From Candidatus Acetothermia bacterium (GTDB lineage: Bacteria; Bipolaricaulota; Bipolaricaulia; RBG-16-55-9), in contig JACQCZ010000017.1 of assembly GCA_016201405.1 (NCBI GenBank), forward strand, positions 89,227-153,226: a stretch of DNA of 64,000 nt, given 5' to 3'. Made by a program: the position numbers and the translations under genes. The notes beneath the pieces were generated by a model. The model was not told the origin of the DNA. It worked only from the letters and a program-made list of their open reading frames with translations, and searched no databases. This document shows positions 10,790-21,136 of this stretch, in pieces. Position 1 is the stretch's first letter; each line of letters opens with the position of its first letter.

Positions 10790-11250
10790 ATGCAGACCTC
10801 AAAAGCTGTTCGACCAATTCCAATCTGTGTCTTCCGCAATGGCACGAAGATCTTGGTAGGTAGTTATCACGATCCAATAAAACGAGAAGTAGTCTATCGC
10901 CCTCTTGGTGGCGGAATTCACTTCGGTGAATCGAGTGAAGCGGCACTTCATCGAGAAATTCGAGAAGAGATTGGCGCTGAAATTGAAAAGCCCAAACTTC
11001 TTGGAGTGTTGGAAAATTTATATACTTTCAAAGGAGAATTGGCTCATGAGATTGTCTTTGTCTACGATGCGCGGTTTTTAAAGACAGCTCCCTATATTCA
11101 GTTGAAAGATTTGACGCACAGGAAGATGGTGGACGACCTTTTAATGGTCATTGGATTGATCTTGGCTCAATTAATTCCAGCCCTTCGCTGATTAACCCAG
11201 ATGGATTGGCGGATCTTCTCGCAACAGCCAAAATTTTCGACGAAGAGTAG
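10790..11250 (+). pseudogene. NUDIX hydrolase with a -1 frameshift at 11077-11083
   Basis: Nudix box GGGIHFGESSEAALHREIREEIG; the -1 frame continues DSSLYSVERFDAQEDGGRPF...W...NPDGLADLL to TAG at 11250. Confidence 0.75.
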
Positions 11251-11415
11251 CAGTTTCTGCTACAAGCTTCCGTGCTAATCGCGATTGACGTGGGAATTCC
11301 ATCGAGTCAAAAGATAACCTACCTCGACAAAACTCGGAATGAAACGAACACCACAGGATCTCAACATATTTGCGCTATTGATAAGAGGAGGGTTTTCTTA
11401 CGTGTACTATTAAAG

Positions 11416-11456
11416 CTGGGCACTGACCGGAGATTTTCACTTCAGCCAGTGCCCAG
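11416..11456. terminator. Hairpin between convergent genes
   Basis: CTGGGCACTG / CAGTGCCCAG inverted repeat. Confidence 0.5.
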
Positions 11457-11482
11457 GCTAGGTTCATCTAGAAGAGGGTCTC

Positions 11483-12664
11483 TTATTTCTTCAGGACCGC
11501 AATCCCATGTGGGTCGTTTGGCGAGTCTGTCGAGAGGGCTCCGATATTGTAGAAGCCCCAGAACTGGCCATCTGCCCCATCATCGAGCACCTGAATTACA
11601 TCGACTCCTGGCGTCTCACCTTGGCCATTGTGAGTGGCCGTCATGCTGTTTGGGCCTTGTAGCGTCGCGTAGACCCATTGCCCATCGGAAGATGCGGACA
11701 GCATGCCTGAAGCTGCTCCGATGTCATCAATCTCGCTGACAATAACTTGATTGACAGTGTCGAAGACGATAATGCGGTCTTCAGAGCCTTCCATTGCGAT
11801 CCAGAGATACTTTCCAAGACCAACTTTGATTACCCCATGAGCCGTTGTGCCCCAGTGGCTTATATCTTTGCATAGGACCAGCTGATCAGTCTTGGCATCA
11901 AAAACATAGAGTGTGGCCCCCGCGGTGATGTAGACTTGCCCGTTGGCATAGACTCCTCCGCATCCTGCAGGCGCAATTTCAGACTTGCTAAAAGCTTTGA
12001 TAATGTGCATCGGCTTGCTGGCCGTGTCCACAATGTAAAGACCGCCGCCTCGCAAAGCGACATACGCCTTGCGCCCCACTAGCAGTGGGCAGGAGGGTGC
12101 GTTATCAGGGTTGTAAATATTCTCATATGCAGCCAGATCTAAGTCTTCCTTGGAGTCATAGCTGTACATATCAAAGACATAATCCGTTCGGATCAGGCCC
12201 AGCTTCTTCTCGTTCTCTTTGGCGACCAGGATCACTTGGTCATCCCAGGTTGGCAGAGCGTGGTGCGCTGCATCCCCAACATCGATGCTGGCGACAATCT
12301 GGTGATCAGAAGTGTGCATGATATAGACGTGGCCACTTCCCATGTTGGGGATGATGGCATCGCTGCCCGAGCGGTTGAATGTGATCATGTGCGGAATGGA
12401 GCCGGCCCCATCGCCGATCCCCTGGGCAGCAACCCCGAGGTCTATCATCTCATCATGCTGCAGCTTACCATCCGGAATTGCCGAGTAGATGTGAAGCTCT
12501 CCTGCATTCTCCTCGCCCACATTGCCCTGATCCAGCACCCAGACTTCATTCCCTGTGGTTGCCTGGCTGGAGTTGAGAGGTCTGGAGATTGCATTCCCCA
12601 CTGATAATAGGGTGAAGAGGCCCAATACCAACAGACTCAAAAATAGTTTAAAGTTCGCTTTCAC
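11483..12664 (-). CDS. Secreted YncE-like beta-propeller protein
   Basis: Signal peptide; repeated blade motifs (IVASIDVG, VFDAKT, VFDTVN) and terminal PHGIAV. Confidence 0.7.
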   Translation of the reverse strand: MKANFKLFLSLLVLGLFTLLSVGNAISRPLNSSQATTGNEVWVLDQGNVGEENAGELHIYSAIPDGKLQHDEMIDLGVAAQGIGDGAGSIPHMITFNRSGSDAIIPNMGSGHVYIMHTSDHQIVASIDVGDAAHHALPTWDDQVILVAKENEKKLGLIRTDYVFDMYSYDSKEDLDLAAYENIYNPDNAPSCPLLVGRKAYVALRGGGLYIVDTASKPMHIIKAFSKSEIAPAGCGGVYANGQVYITAGATLYVFDAKTDQLVLCKDISHWGTTAHGVIKVGLGKYLWIAMEGSEDRIIVFDTVNQVIVSEIDDIGAASGMLSASSDGQWVYATLQGPNSMTATHNGQGETPGVDVIQVLDDGADGQFWGFYNIGALSTDSPNDPHGIAVLKK

Positions 12665-12788
12665 AGTCGCTCCTTTTCCTCATTCATTGATGAAACTTCG
12701 CTCAGAGGAATGGTAGTCCTGTAAAAGTTTGGTGAATATAACTCTAATTACATTCGGTAGGAGTCCGGTTCGCCTCGGGAAGTGGCGC

Positions 12789-13862
12789 TTACTGAGGCCG
12801 GATCAGCTCATAGGTCATGTCGGTGTGACCCGTGATCGGAATCGCAGTCTGCTGAAATCCCAACTGATCGATCTTCATCGACATGTGGCCTTTAAAATCC
12901 TGGGTGACCGTTTCTTTGACGATCCAGCCAGTCTTTTCATCAATCTGAAGCTCTGCTGATTGAGTTCCTGAGAGATCTTGGTAGCTTGTTTCTACAGGTC
13001 CAATCTTTAATGGGGCTGCATGAGGATTGGTATTCAATGTCGTTTGGATGCTAATGGTAGCCACTCCAGCCTCCCGCTTTTTTAGAGTCATGGTGTTCTC
13101 CATGACTAGCGGAACACCCGAGGAGACTGTGGTCGTGCTCTGCCAGGAATCTCCGACGGCTACCAGGTGATCTGGCAAGGGAGCAAAGTAATCACTCATC
13201 TGGTCCTTGAAATACTGATCACTGAATGTGCTTCGCAGCGTCGGCTCTATGAGTTTGCGCTTTGCATCATCGTATTGCTTCAAGACATGATCGAGAACAT
13301 CGGATACACCCTGGACCTCTTGGACTTGGCCTTGTCGTGAGAGCACCATGGTGATTGGAGCAGCCATGACGGCATCCCACATCTTAGCCTCAGGGTCTTG
13401 GGAGGCTGATGGATTCGTCGAATCATAAGCGCTTGCTTGGGTGCCACTGTGCGATTGGGTATTGACCGATTCATATTTTGAAACCACGGTCATGAGCCCC
13501 ACTGCATCCACACCACTCACATCAAATTTCATCACGGCATCCATCGTGCTGTCGGAGTTCTGCGTCTGCCCATCCATGACTACCGTGGTTGTCTGGCTGG
13601 TCGTCATCTTGGAGCGATAGGACTGCCCGGTTTGCACATTCAACTTGAGCGAGACTTTGGTGGCATCAGCTGCTGGCGACGTTGGAGTGGAAGCTGGGGA
13701 TGTCGTATTGGGTGGCGTCGAGCCTGTTGGGTTGCTGGAGGAGCTAGACGAGTTCTGGTTGCCCGGCTGTGTGCTTGTGCTCGGCGATTTGCCACAACTG
13801 GTGACGAAGATTACCGAAAGGACAAGCAATAGCGATAGAATGAAAATATTTCTTCTGTTCAT
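12789..13862 (-). CDS. Lipoprotein, DUF6263-like
   Basis: VTSC lipobox, S/T/P linker, YDST, LPDHLVAVGDSW and IDEKTGWI motifs. Confidence 0.7.
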   Translation of the reverse strand: MNRRNIFILSLLLVLSVIFVTSCGKSPSTSTQPGNQNSSSSSSNPTGSTPPNTTSPASTPTSPAADATKVSLKLNVQTGQSYRSKMTTSQTTTVVMDGQTQNSDSTMDAVMKFDVSGVDAVGLMTVVSKYESVNTQSHSGTQASAYDSTNPSASQDPEAKMWDAVMAAPITMVLSRQGQVQEVQGVSDVLDHVLKQYDDAKRKLIEPTLRSTFSDQYFKDQMSDYFAPLPDHLVAVGDSWQSTTTVSSGVPLVMENTMTLKKREAGVATISIQTTLNTNPHAAPLKIGPVETSYQDLSGTQSAELQIDEKTGWIVKETVTQDFKGHMSMKIDQLGFQQTAIPITGHTDMTYELIRPQ

Positions 13863-14071
13863 AATTGATCTCATTTCTTCCGACACTATACGGACAGCTC
13901 AACGAAGAAGCAAAGTAGGAGCTTGCCTAAATTTTCTCCATCATTTGTCCTAGAAGCTCATAAATTCACCCCGTCAAATGTCTTGGCCAAATCGCATCAT
14001 TGGTCGGATGGATTGAGCCACTCTTTCATTTAGGCTTTTCACAGATCGCAGAAAAGAGAGGAGTGAGCAAA

Positions 14072-14251
14072 ATGATGGAAAGCAGCATGACACTCGAAAA
14101 GATCGTCAAAGAGCGGCACTCCACACTGATACGCGATGCAGAAGAGAAGCGAATGTTAAGCCTCCTTGCACCGGCTAGAATCGATACCAGGAGTGGCCTG
14201 CTTAGCCGAGTATTTCAGCGCCTGATGCACCAAGTCAGGATGATCATCTAA
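14072..14251 (+). CDS. Small hypothetical protein
   Basis: GAGGAG RBS; helical ERHSTLIRDAEEKR pattern. Confidence 0.4.
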   Translation: MMESSMTLEKIVKERHSTLIRDAEEKRMLSLLAPARIDTRSGLLSRVFQRLMHQVRMII

Positions 14252-14469
14252 GCAAAGGGCATACGGACCTTCCACATTGTCTTCTGCCATCAGTTCAATC
14301 AAAAACCCTCGTCCAGGCGACGATTTCCTCAGGATTTCCAACCTTCAATAAATTAGACATTAAAAAGCTCCGATATTTCATATATAATCCAGATAAGCTG
14401 ATCTCGATCAAAAGATCACGAGATCGTGCGGAGCATGTATTTACACAATCAAGAAAATGGGGGTATGGC

Positions 14470-16740
14470 ATGACGTTCAAGCGATGGGGTCTCTTTGCTT
14501 TACTTGTAGTATTTGGCCTGTTGACAGTGGGATTGACGGGCTGTGGCGGAAATAAGACAGGCACATCTTCGAATTCTTCAAGCAATAACAACTCAAATAA
14601 CGACGCCAACAAACCTGCTACAGCACCCAATACCAACGCAAACACTGCTCAGCAAAACCCAACAACGCCTAATACTTCGAGTACACCCGGCACACAGACG
14701 CAAAATCCACCGACTTCAACCACTCTTCCTGCTACGACTACTCCAACGACTCCACCCACCACCCCACCTGTGACCACAACTCCGACGACTCCCACCACTT
14801 CGCCACAGAACCCGGCTTCGACTCCTCAACCGCCGGCATCAAGCCCGCCAACCAGCACTCCTCCGCCTGCTTCAGCCGCAGTGGTCAAGAACCCCGATAC
14901 ATTGGTGCTCACGCTCACAGCTGACCCTATCGAGACGCTTGATCCGGCCTATGCATATGACAGCGGCAGCGGATGGATCATCTTCAATATTTACGAGACG
15001 CTCATCTTTTGGGATGGCGATAAACCAGACAAGTTCGTTCCCATGCTCTCCACTGCTGTCCCGAGCCTGGACAACGGGCTGATCAAAGACGATGGCAAGA
15101 CCTACGTCTTCCCCATTCGAAAGGGAATCAAGTTTCATGCTGGACCCGTAAAAGATGCTCAGGGGAACGTCATCCCTGGCAGCGGCGAGCTCACCCCCGA
15201 CGACGTCGCTTATTCCATACAACGCCTGTTGCTTGAGGATCGCTCCGGTGGGCCAAGCTGGCTGATGATGGAGCCACTTCTTGGATCAAGCTCCATCATG
15301 GACTTTGGCTATGCTCTTCAGCCTTCGGCCAAAGCTGGCGCAGCGAAGTTGAGTGAAAAGTTGAGCGCTGCAGAGAGACTGAGGACCATCTTTAGTCCGG
15401 AGACGTTGAAGTCCATCTGTGATCAAGTCAAATCAGCTGTGACTGTGGATGGAGACAACGTTGCTTTCCATCTCAAAGAGTCCTTCGCGCCATTCCTTCA
15501 GGTCGTTGTCGGCTACTGGGCTTCGATTCTGGACAAGGAGTGGGTAATGACGGATATCCACAATGACGCGGGAGCTTTGGTCAAGAAGGCGGGCTGGGAT
15601 GGCAATTGTGCGAGCTGGCCAGACTTCTACGACCCTGACCAAAGCGCCTCAAGTCTCTATAGCATTGCCAATGGAACGGGCCCGTATAAGTTCGTGCGCT
15701 GGAGGCCGAACGAGGAGATTTATCTGGAGAGAGATGAAGGGTATTGGCGTGAGCGCCCTGCCAATCTCAAGTATGTCTCCTTCAAGTTTAGCCCTGAGCT
15801 CTCTACCCGGCTTTTGATGCTGCAAAACGGGGATGCAGACATCGTCACCATCCCTCTTGCCAGTCAGGATCAAGTCGAGCCCCTGGTTCAGAGAGAGCTG
15901 GTCTCAAAATATGAGAATCAGCCCACTGGCAGTGCCTATTTCTGGATCTTCAACCAGAAGATCAGCATGACAGACAACCCCTATGTGGGCAGTGGCAAGC
16001 TTGATGGCGATGGCATACCAGCCGACTTCTTTAGCGACCTCGATGTTCGTCAGGGCTTTGGCTTCGTCTTTGACTGGCAGTCTTATTTGCAGAATGCCAT
16101 CCATGGCGAGGGCACGCGTTTCCGTGGTGCGATTGAGAGCTCGGTCTTTGGCTACAACCCCGAACAGCCTGTCTTTGACATCGATCTCGACAAAGCTAAA
16201 GAACACTTTCAGAAGGCTTTTGGGGGCCAGCTTTGGGACAAGGGCTTCAAGTTCATCGTCCCCTATGTCCAGGGCGGTCAAGCCGTCAAGATCACTACCC
16301 AGATCATGGCCAAGAACTTGGCTTCCATCAACCCCAAATTCCAATTGATTTCCCAAGACTTCCAGAGCAACACGATCAGCCAGGACGGTGATTTGGGGAA
16401 GATTCCGATGGACTATAACGGCTGGGGAGAAGATTACCATGACCCCAATAACTGGGTCTTCCCGATCTTGGACAGCAATGGCTATTACGCCCGCAACATG
16501 GGTATGGATCCCGAGCTCCAGAGCCAGCTGGATGACATGATTGTCAAGGCCAGGCGTGAGCTCGACCCAGAGAAGCGCAAGGAGACCTATTTCGAGCTGC
16601 AAAAGATCGTCTATGACAAAGCGCTGATCATCCCATTGGAGGAATGGCACCGGCGCCGCTATACCCGCAGCTGGCTGCACGGGTATCTGAACAACACGGC
16701 ATTTCCCGACTACTATTTCTGGTACTTCTCCAAGAGCTAA
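14470..16740 (+). CDS. Peptide ABC transporter substrate-binding lipoprotein (family 5)
   Basis: LTGC lipobox, long N/T/P linker, TLDPAYAYD, IYETL and NGTGPYK motifs. Confidence 0.92.
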   Translation: MTFKRWGLFALLVVFGLLTVGLTGCGGNKTGTSSNSSSNNNSNNDANKPATAPNTNANTAQQNPTTPNTSSTPGTQTQNPPTSTTLPATTTPTTPPTTPPVTTTPTTPTTSPQNPASTPQPPASSPPTSTPPPASAAVVKNPDTLVLTLTADPIETLDPAYAYDSGSGWIIFNIYETLIFWDGDKPDKFVPMLSTAVPSLDNGLIKDDGKTYVFPIRKGIKFHAGPVKDAQGNVIPGSGELTPDDVAYSIQRLLLEDRSGGPSWLMMEPLLGSSSIMDFGYALQPSAKAGAAKLSEKLSAAERLRTIFSPETLKSICDQVKSAVTVDGDNVAFHLKESFAPFLQVVVGYWASILDKEWVMTDIHNDAGALVKKAGWDGNCASWPDFYDPDQSASSLYSIANGTGPYKFVRWRPNEEIYLERDEGYWRERPANLKYVSFKFSPELSTRLLMLQNGDADIVTIPLASQDQVEPLVQRELVSKYENQPTGSAYFWIFNQKISMTDNPYVGSGKLDGDGIPADFFSDLDVRQGFGFVFDWQSYLQNAIHGEGTRFRGAIESSVFGYNPEQPVFDIDLDKAKEHFQKAFGGQLWDKGFKFIVPYVQGGQAVKITTQIMAKNLASINPKFQLISQDFQSNTISQDGDLGKIPMDYNGWGEDYHDPNNWVFPILDSNGYYARNMGMDPELQSQLDDMIVKARRELDPEKRKETYFELQKIVYDKALIIPLEEWHRRRYTRSWLHGYLNNTAFPDYYFWYFSKS

Positions 16741-16755
16741 GCGAAGGGTGGTACG

Positions 16756-17808
16756 ATGCTGGCTTATATCATCCGGCGCGTTGCTTTGCTGCCTCTGATG
16801 TGGCTAGCAGCCACGCTCATCATCTTCATTGTGATGAGCTTTCTCGGCCCATATCAGCGGCTCAGCCTCTATCTGCGCAGTGACCCGGAGATGATCGTCA
16901 GCGCAAAGCACCTCAATGATGAGCAGCGCCAGCGCATCTTTGAGAAGTACGGGCTTAATGACCCATTTTATGTGCAGTACTTCAACTGGCTGGGACAAGT
17001 CTTTCAGGGCAACTTTGGTTGGTCAAAGACGGCTCAGAAGCCCGTGCTCGACGCCCTTGTTGAGCGCCTTCCTGCTACGCTAGAGCTCACGCTGCTCTCG
17101 ATTGGCCCCTTGATATTTCTGGCAATATGGATGGGAGTGAAGTCTGCCGTCTACCAAAATAAATTTCTTGACCATGTTACGCGCTTTGTAGCCATCACTG
17201 GATATTCGCTTCCCAGCTTTGTCTTTGCCATATTCGCGCTTGTCATCTTTTACGGGTTACTGGACTGGCTGCCGCCGGGTCGCCTCTCACTCTGGGCAGA
17301 GCATATTGTCTATTCGAGTGAGTTCATCCGCTACACCGGCCTCAATCTCGTCGACTCGATTTTGAATGAGCGCTGGGATATCTGGTGGGATGCCTTTAAG
17401 CACTTGATCTTGCCGGTCGTCAGCCTCTCCTATCTCAGTTGGGCAGGGCTGTTGCGCGTCACCCGCAGCAGCATGCTGGAGACGCTGCAACAAGATTATG
17501 TTGTGACCGCGCACGCCAAAGGTCTGCCCGAAAAGAAGGTCATCAAGAAGCATGCGCGGCGTAATGCACTCATTCCCGTCTTGACTCTCTCGGGCTTTGT
17601 GATTGTGGGTTTATTGACGGGCGTATTTATCATTGAGACCGTCTTCAACTATAGAGGCGTCGGTTTTTGGGCTGTCGATGCGACCCTCAAGTTTGATGTA
17701 CCCGCCGTGATTGGGATCACGCTCTTCACCGCGACTCTGATTGTGCTAGCCAACCTGATCATCGACATTCTATATACCATCTTTGATCCGCGGGTCCGGT
17801 ATGACTGA
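16756..17808 (+). CDS. Peptide ABC permease, DppB/OppB-like
   Basis: GLNDPFYVQY, PATLEL and the EAA loop (QDYVVTAHAKGL). Confidence 0.93.
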   Translation: MLAYIIRRVALLPLMWLAATLIIFIVMSFLGPYQRLSLYLRSDPEMIVSAKHLNDEQRQRIFEKYGLNDPFYVQYFNWLGQVFQGNFGWSKTAQKPVLDALVERLPATLELTLLSIGPLIFLAIWMGVKSAVYQNKFLDHVTRFVAITGYSLPSFVFAIFALVIFYGLLDWLPPGRLSLWAEHIVYSSEFIRYTGLNLVDSILNERWDIWWDAFKHLILPVVSLSYLSWAGLLRVTRSSMLETLQQDYVVTAHAKGLPEKKVIKKHARRNALIPVLTLSGFVIVGLLTGVFIIETVFNYRGVGFWAVDATLKFDVPAVIGITLFTATLIVLANLIIDILYTIFDPRVRYD

Positions 17809-18802
17809 CGAGATTAAGCCAGCGCCCAGTATTTGGAAACGCCTCAAGAAGAACAAGCTCTCTTTCGTCGCGATTGGGTTGCTCATCTTCTTTATTGGGG
17901 TCATGTTTGCAGCGCCCTGGCTCGCTCCCCCTGAACAGACTTGCCCATCTTATATCTATTACATCTTTCCCGATTGGCTCCTCTCGCCTTTTATGAAAGA
18001 TATCCCATGCAAGCCGCATGAGATGCCGCGTGATGGCTTTACGACCACCCCTCTGCCACCCAATGCCGCGGCCTGGGCAACATTCCCACCGGATTGGCAC
18101 TTACATCCACTGGGCACGACAGAGAACCGCTATGACATCTGGTATGGTCTCGTCTGGGGGACTCGAACAGCACTATTTGCTGGTGCGTTGATCGTGCTCT
18201 TCAGCTTTGTCATTGGGCTTCTGGTTGGTGGGATGTCTGGGTATTTTGGTGGCTGGGTGGATGCCATTGCGATGCGCTTTGTTGACTTCATGCTGGCTCT
18301 TCCCGGGTTCTTAGTGACCCTGGTGCTGGTCTCAGTCATTGGCCGTGGTCTTGACAAAATTATTCTTGCGTCAATTATATTTGGCTGGACGACCTATGCG
18401 AGGCTCATTCGCGGTGACATTCTCTCAGTTCGAGAGCGAGAGTACATTCAAGCAACTCGCGCTTTGGGAGCGGGGCACGCTCGAATTCTCTTTCAGCATA
18501 TTGTTCCCAACATGATCTATCCTGCGCTCATCCTGGCTTCGCTGGATATTGGCACGGTGGTCTTGGGGCTTTCAGCCTTCAGCTTTTTGGGACTTGGGTC
18601 AGGAGAGAATTATGCGGATTGGGGGCAGATGATCGCATTGGCTCGCAATCGCATTGCAGGCGTAGCGGGTGGCAGCTCACTGGAATTCTGGTACACCTAT
18701 ATCTTCCCGGGGTTGGCCATCTTCTTCTTTGTGCTGGCCTGGAACCTCATTGGCGACACTGTGCGAGATATCCTGGATCCGAGACAACGCGGAAATCGAT
18801 GA
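17801..18802 (+). CDS. Peptide ABC permease, DppC/OppC-like
   Basis: HPLGT, GYFGGWVD, REYIQATRALGA and NLIGDTVRDILDP motifs. Confidence 0.93.
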   Translation: MTDEIKPAPSIWKRLKKNKLSFVAIGLLIFFIGVMFAAPWLAPPEQTCPSYIYYIFPDWLLSPFMKDIPCKPHEMPRDGFTTTPLPPNAAAWATFPPDWHLHPLGTTENRYDIWYGLVWGTRTALFAGALIVLFSFVIGLLVGGMSGYFGGWVDAIAMRFVDFMLALPGFLVTLVLVSVIGRGLDKIILASIIFGWTTYARLIRGDILSVREREYIQATRALGAGHARILFQHIVPNMIYPALILASLDIGTVVLGLSAFSFLGLGSGENYADWGQMIALARNRIAGVAGGSSLEFWYTYIFPGLAIFFFVLAWNLIGDTVRDILDPRQRGNR

Positions 18803-18834
18803 AGATAGATAAATTTTCGTGGAAATACGGGGTC

Positions 18835-18908
18835 TGGCTGGGAGAGGAGGATTCGAACCCCCACTAACCGGTCCAGAGCCGGTTGTCCTGCCTTTAGACG
18901 ATCTCCCA
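18835..18908 (-). tRNA. tRNA-Gln(CTG)
   Basis: Minus strand TGGGAGA...ACCGG-CT-CTG-GA-CCGGT...GGTTCGAATCC...TCTCCCA-GCCA; 74 nt with encoded CCA. Confidence 0.96.
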
Positions 18909-18919
18909 AAGGGTGTCGT

Positions 18920-18948
18920 ATCTTAATTCACGCCTCTAAAGCTGTCAA
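18920..18948 (-). promoter_or_regulatory. Sigma70 promoter of tRNA-Gln
   Basis: TTGACA-17 nt-TAAGAT on the minus strand. Confidence 0.7.
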
Positions 18949-19000
18949 ATGAATTGCTGCCTTTCAGATTGCCAATGAATGGAATTGCATGACAAAATCA

Positions 19001-20212
19001 TCAACACGATACCCAGTTGACTCGGCTGCCCCTTTTTATCACTGCATTTCCTTCGGCTATTCTGGCAAGCGCATTACACTCAGCAAAATTTGTGATCATG
19101 TGAGATGACTGGTTGGGGAGCGGATTGAGCCAAATCTCACCCGACTCTGAAATAGAGGTCGAACTGCGCATAAAGAACTCACGATCTGGGCTCTGCTTCA
19201 CAGCTTGGGAGATTCGCCCAATCACCGGGCATGGTCTTGGATGCGCGTCTCTTTCCAGAAGATCAAGCACGCGAATGGCGTGAAGATTGAGACAGACAAA
19301 TACAGAACCGGGATTGCCCGGTATTCCCAGTACAATCTTTTTGCCGCGCATTCCAAAATAGAGCGGCTTGCCTGGCCTCTGACGTACTTGCCAGAAGATC
19401 TCCTTGACCCGCAGCTTCTGGGTTGCGCGCAGAATAAAGTCCCGGTCTCCTACTGAAATTCCGCCACAGGTAAGAACAAGATCAGAGCTTTTAAGAGCAT
19501 CACTCATCGCGCCGGCTGTGGCTTCCAGGCTGTCCAGCACGGGATAAGTCTCCACCTGGGAATAGCCCAGGTTTTTGAGCCAGGAGTTCGTCAAAATCTC
19601 ATCGCCATCGTAGACTTCGCCGGGTCTCAGCCTCTTACCAGGCTTGACAACCTCATCTCCGGTAGTAAGCACTGTAATTCTCGGCTCTCGAATCACTTTT
19701 ACGGAGTCAACACCTGCTATTGATAGGACAGTAAGAAGACCGGGAGTCACACGCGTTCCAGCCTTGGCTAGTGGTCCCCCCACTAGGATCTCTTCTCCAC
19801 GATGGCGCATATTTTCGTGTAGCGGAATCGGCCTCGAGATGATCAGAAAATGCCCTTCCACTCTTGCATCTTCTTGGCGCAGCACAGCGGTCGTCCCTTC
19901 TGGAATATGCGCCCCGGTGAAGATACGCATAGTCTCTCCAGATCCTATTCCCGGGATTTTTCCCAGGCCCCCCGCGGGAACTTCGCCTACAATACGCAGC
20001 TTGACCGTAATTTTTTCTGAAGCTACCTCAACATCTTCGGCCCGAAGGGCATAGCCATCCATTGCGCTCTGAGGAAATGGGGGGAGGTCAATCTTGGAAG
20101 TAGCATCTTGAGCCAGGACTCGTCCCAATGCCTCTTTTAATGGAACTTTGCTGGAAGGAAGCGCTGAAATAAAGCTGGCATAAAGCTCCCAAGCCTCTTG
20201 GACCGAGATCAT
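19001..20212 (-). CDS. moeA: Molybdopterin molybdotransferase
   Basis: SAMDGYA, RIFTGA, TGDEV, GGISVGDRD, PGKP and PGNP motifs. Confidence 0.95.
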   Translation of the reverse strand: MISVQEAWELYASFISALPSSKVPLKEALGRVLAQDATSKIDLPPFPQSAMDGYALRAEDVEVASEKITVKLRIVGEVPAGGLGKIPGIGSGETMRIFTGAHIPEGTTAVLRQEDARVEGHFLIISRPIPLHENMRHRGEEILVGGPLAKAGTRVTPGLLTVLSIAGVDSVKVIREPRITVLTTGDEVVKPGKRLRPGEVYDGDEILTNSWLKNLGYSQVETYPVLDSLEATAGAMSDALKSSDLVLTCGGISVGDRDFILRATQKLRVKEIFWQVRQRPGKPLYFGMRGKKIVLGIPGNPGSVFVCLNLHAIRVLDLLERDAHPRPCPVIGRISQAVKQSPDREFFMRSSTSISESGEIWLNPLPNQSSHMITNFAECNALARIAEGNAVIKRGSRVNWVSC

Positions 20213-21136
20213 TTAGCTGTACCCGTGCTTGTGCGGTATTTTTCTTAAGACTTGGAAGATGTGCAGCACGGCAGGAAAGAGGGCATCGAAAGTCTCCTTG
20301 GCTCCTTTTGTGCTGCCTGGCATAGTGATGACTAGCGTGTCGCCAATCATGCCTGCGATGCCGCGTGAGAGCATGGAGTAGCGCGTTCTCTTCTGCCCAT
20401 GGTTTCGCGCTGCCTCCATCAAGCCTGGGATCTCGCGCTCGATGAGCGGTTGCAAGGTTTCAACCGTGATGTCGGTATGAGAGAGACCCGTTCCGCCCAC
20501 CGTGAGCAGCAAATCCGCCCCTTCGTTTACCAACTCTTTGACACGTTTTGCAAGAGCCTGTGCATCATCGGGCAGAATCTCATAGCTCAAAATCTCGACA
20601 TTTTTGTCTGCTTCCAATCTAAATATAACTGCCTCGCCGGCTCTGTCCTCTTTCTTGCCCGATGCCACAGAATCCGAGAGCACGATCACGGCTGTCTTGA
20701 TCGGAGGCTCAATCTTTTCACGATAGTCACTCTTGCCACCAGTCTTGGAGACCAGCTTCAAATAGCCGATTTCAATCTCTTGGTTGTAGGGCTTCAGCAT
20801 GTCATAGACTGTGAGGGCAGTGATACTGGCTGCCGTGAGAGCCTCCATCTCAACTCCTGTGCTGGCAATGCTTTTGACTCTGACCTGGATGCGCAGCCCA
20901 CCCTTTTCAAAGTGATATTTGATCTCCACATGAAAAACAGGGATAGGGTGGCAGAGAGGAATCAGCTCCCACGTCCTTTTGGCAGCCATGATGCCAGCAG
21001 CGCGAGCAATTTCGAGCGCATCCCCTTTTTCTGTCTTGCCTTGTTCTAGGAGCGGCTGAAGCTCACCGGGCACGCTGATCCATGTCTCGGCCAGAGCCTC
21101 ACGCAGAGTCTCGACTTTATGGGAGATATCTCTCAT
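20213..21136 (-). CDS. moaCB: MoaC-MoaB/MogA fusion protein
   Basis: LIPLCHP and TGVEMEALT (MoaC); GGTGLSHTD and PGS (MoaB/MogA). Confidence 0.92.
   Translation of the reverse strand: MRDISHKVETLREALAETWISVPGELQPLLEQGKTEKGDALEIARAAGIMAAKRTWELIPLCHPIPVFHVEIKYHFEKGGLRIQVRVKSIASTGVEMEALTAASITALTVYDMLKPYNQEIEIGYLKLVSKTGGKSDYREKIEPPIKTAVIVLSDSVASGKKEDRAGEAVIFRLEADKNVEILSYEILPDDAQALAKRVKELVNEGADLLLTVGGTGLSHTDITVETLQPLIEREIPGLMEAARNHGQKRTRYSMLSRGIAGMIGDTLVITMPGSTKGAKETFDALFPAVLHIFQVLRKIPHKHGYS

Noticed and set aside
11272-11739. 155-aa plus-strand ORF after the NUDIX gene
   Set aside because: Crosses a hairpin and runs antisense into the propeller gene; no motifs.
14560-14880. ACT/CCA-rich low-complexity DNA as a tandem repeat
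   Set aside because: Explained by the Thr/Pro linker coding sequence; no exact repeat unit.
15904-16680. 258-aa antisense ORF inside the ABC substrate-binding gene
   Set aside because: Shadow ORF from codon bias of a well-supported gene; no motifs.
18835-18908. tRNA-Gln as an integration site for an island
   Set aside because: No duplicated tRNA 3' end or integrase noticed in the window.
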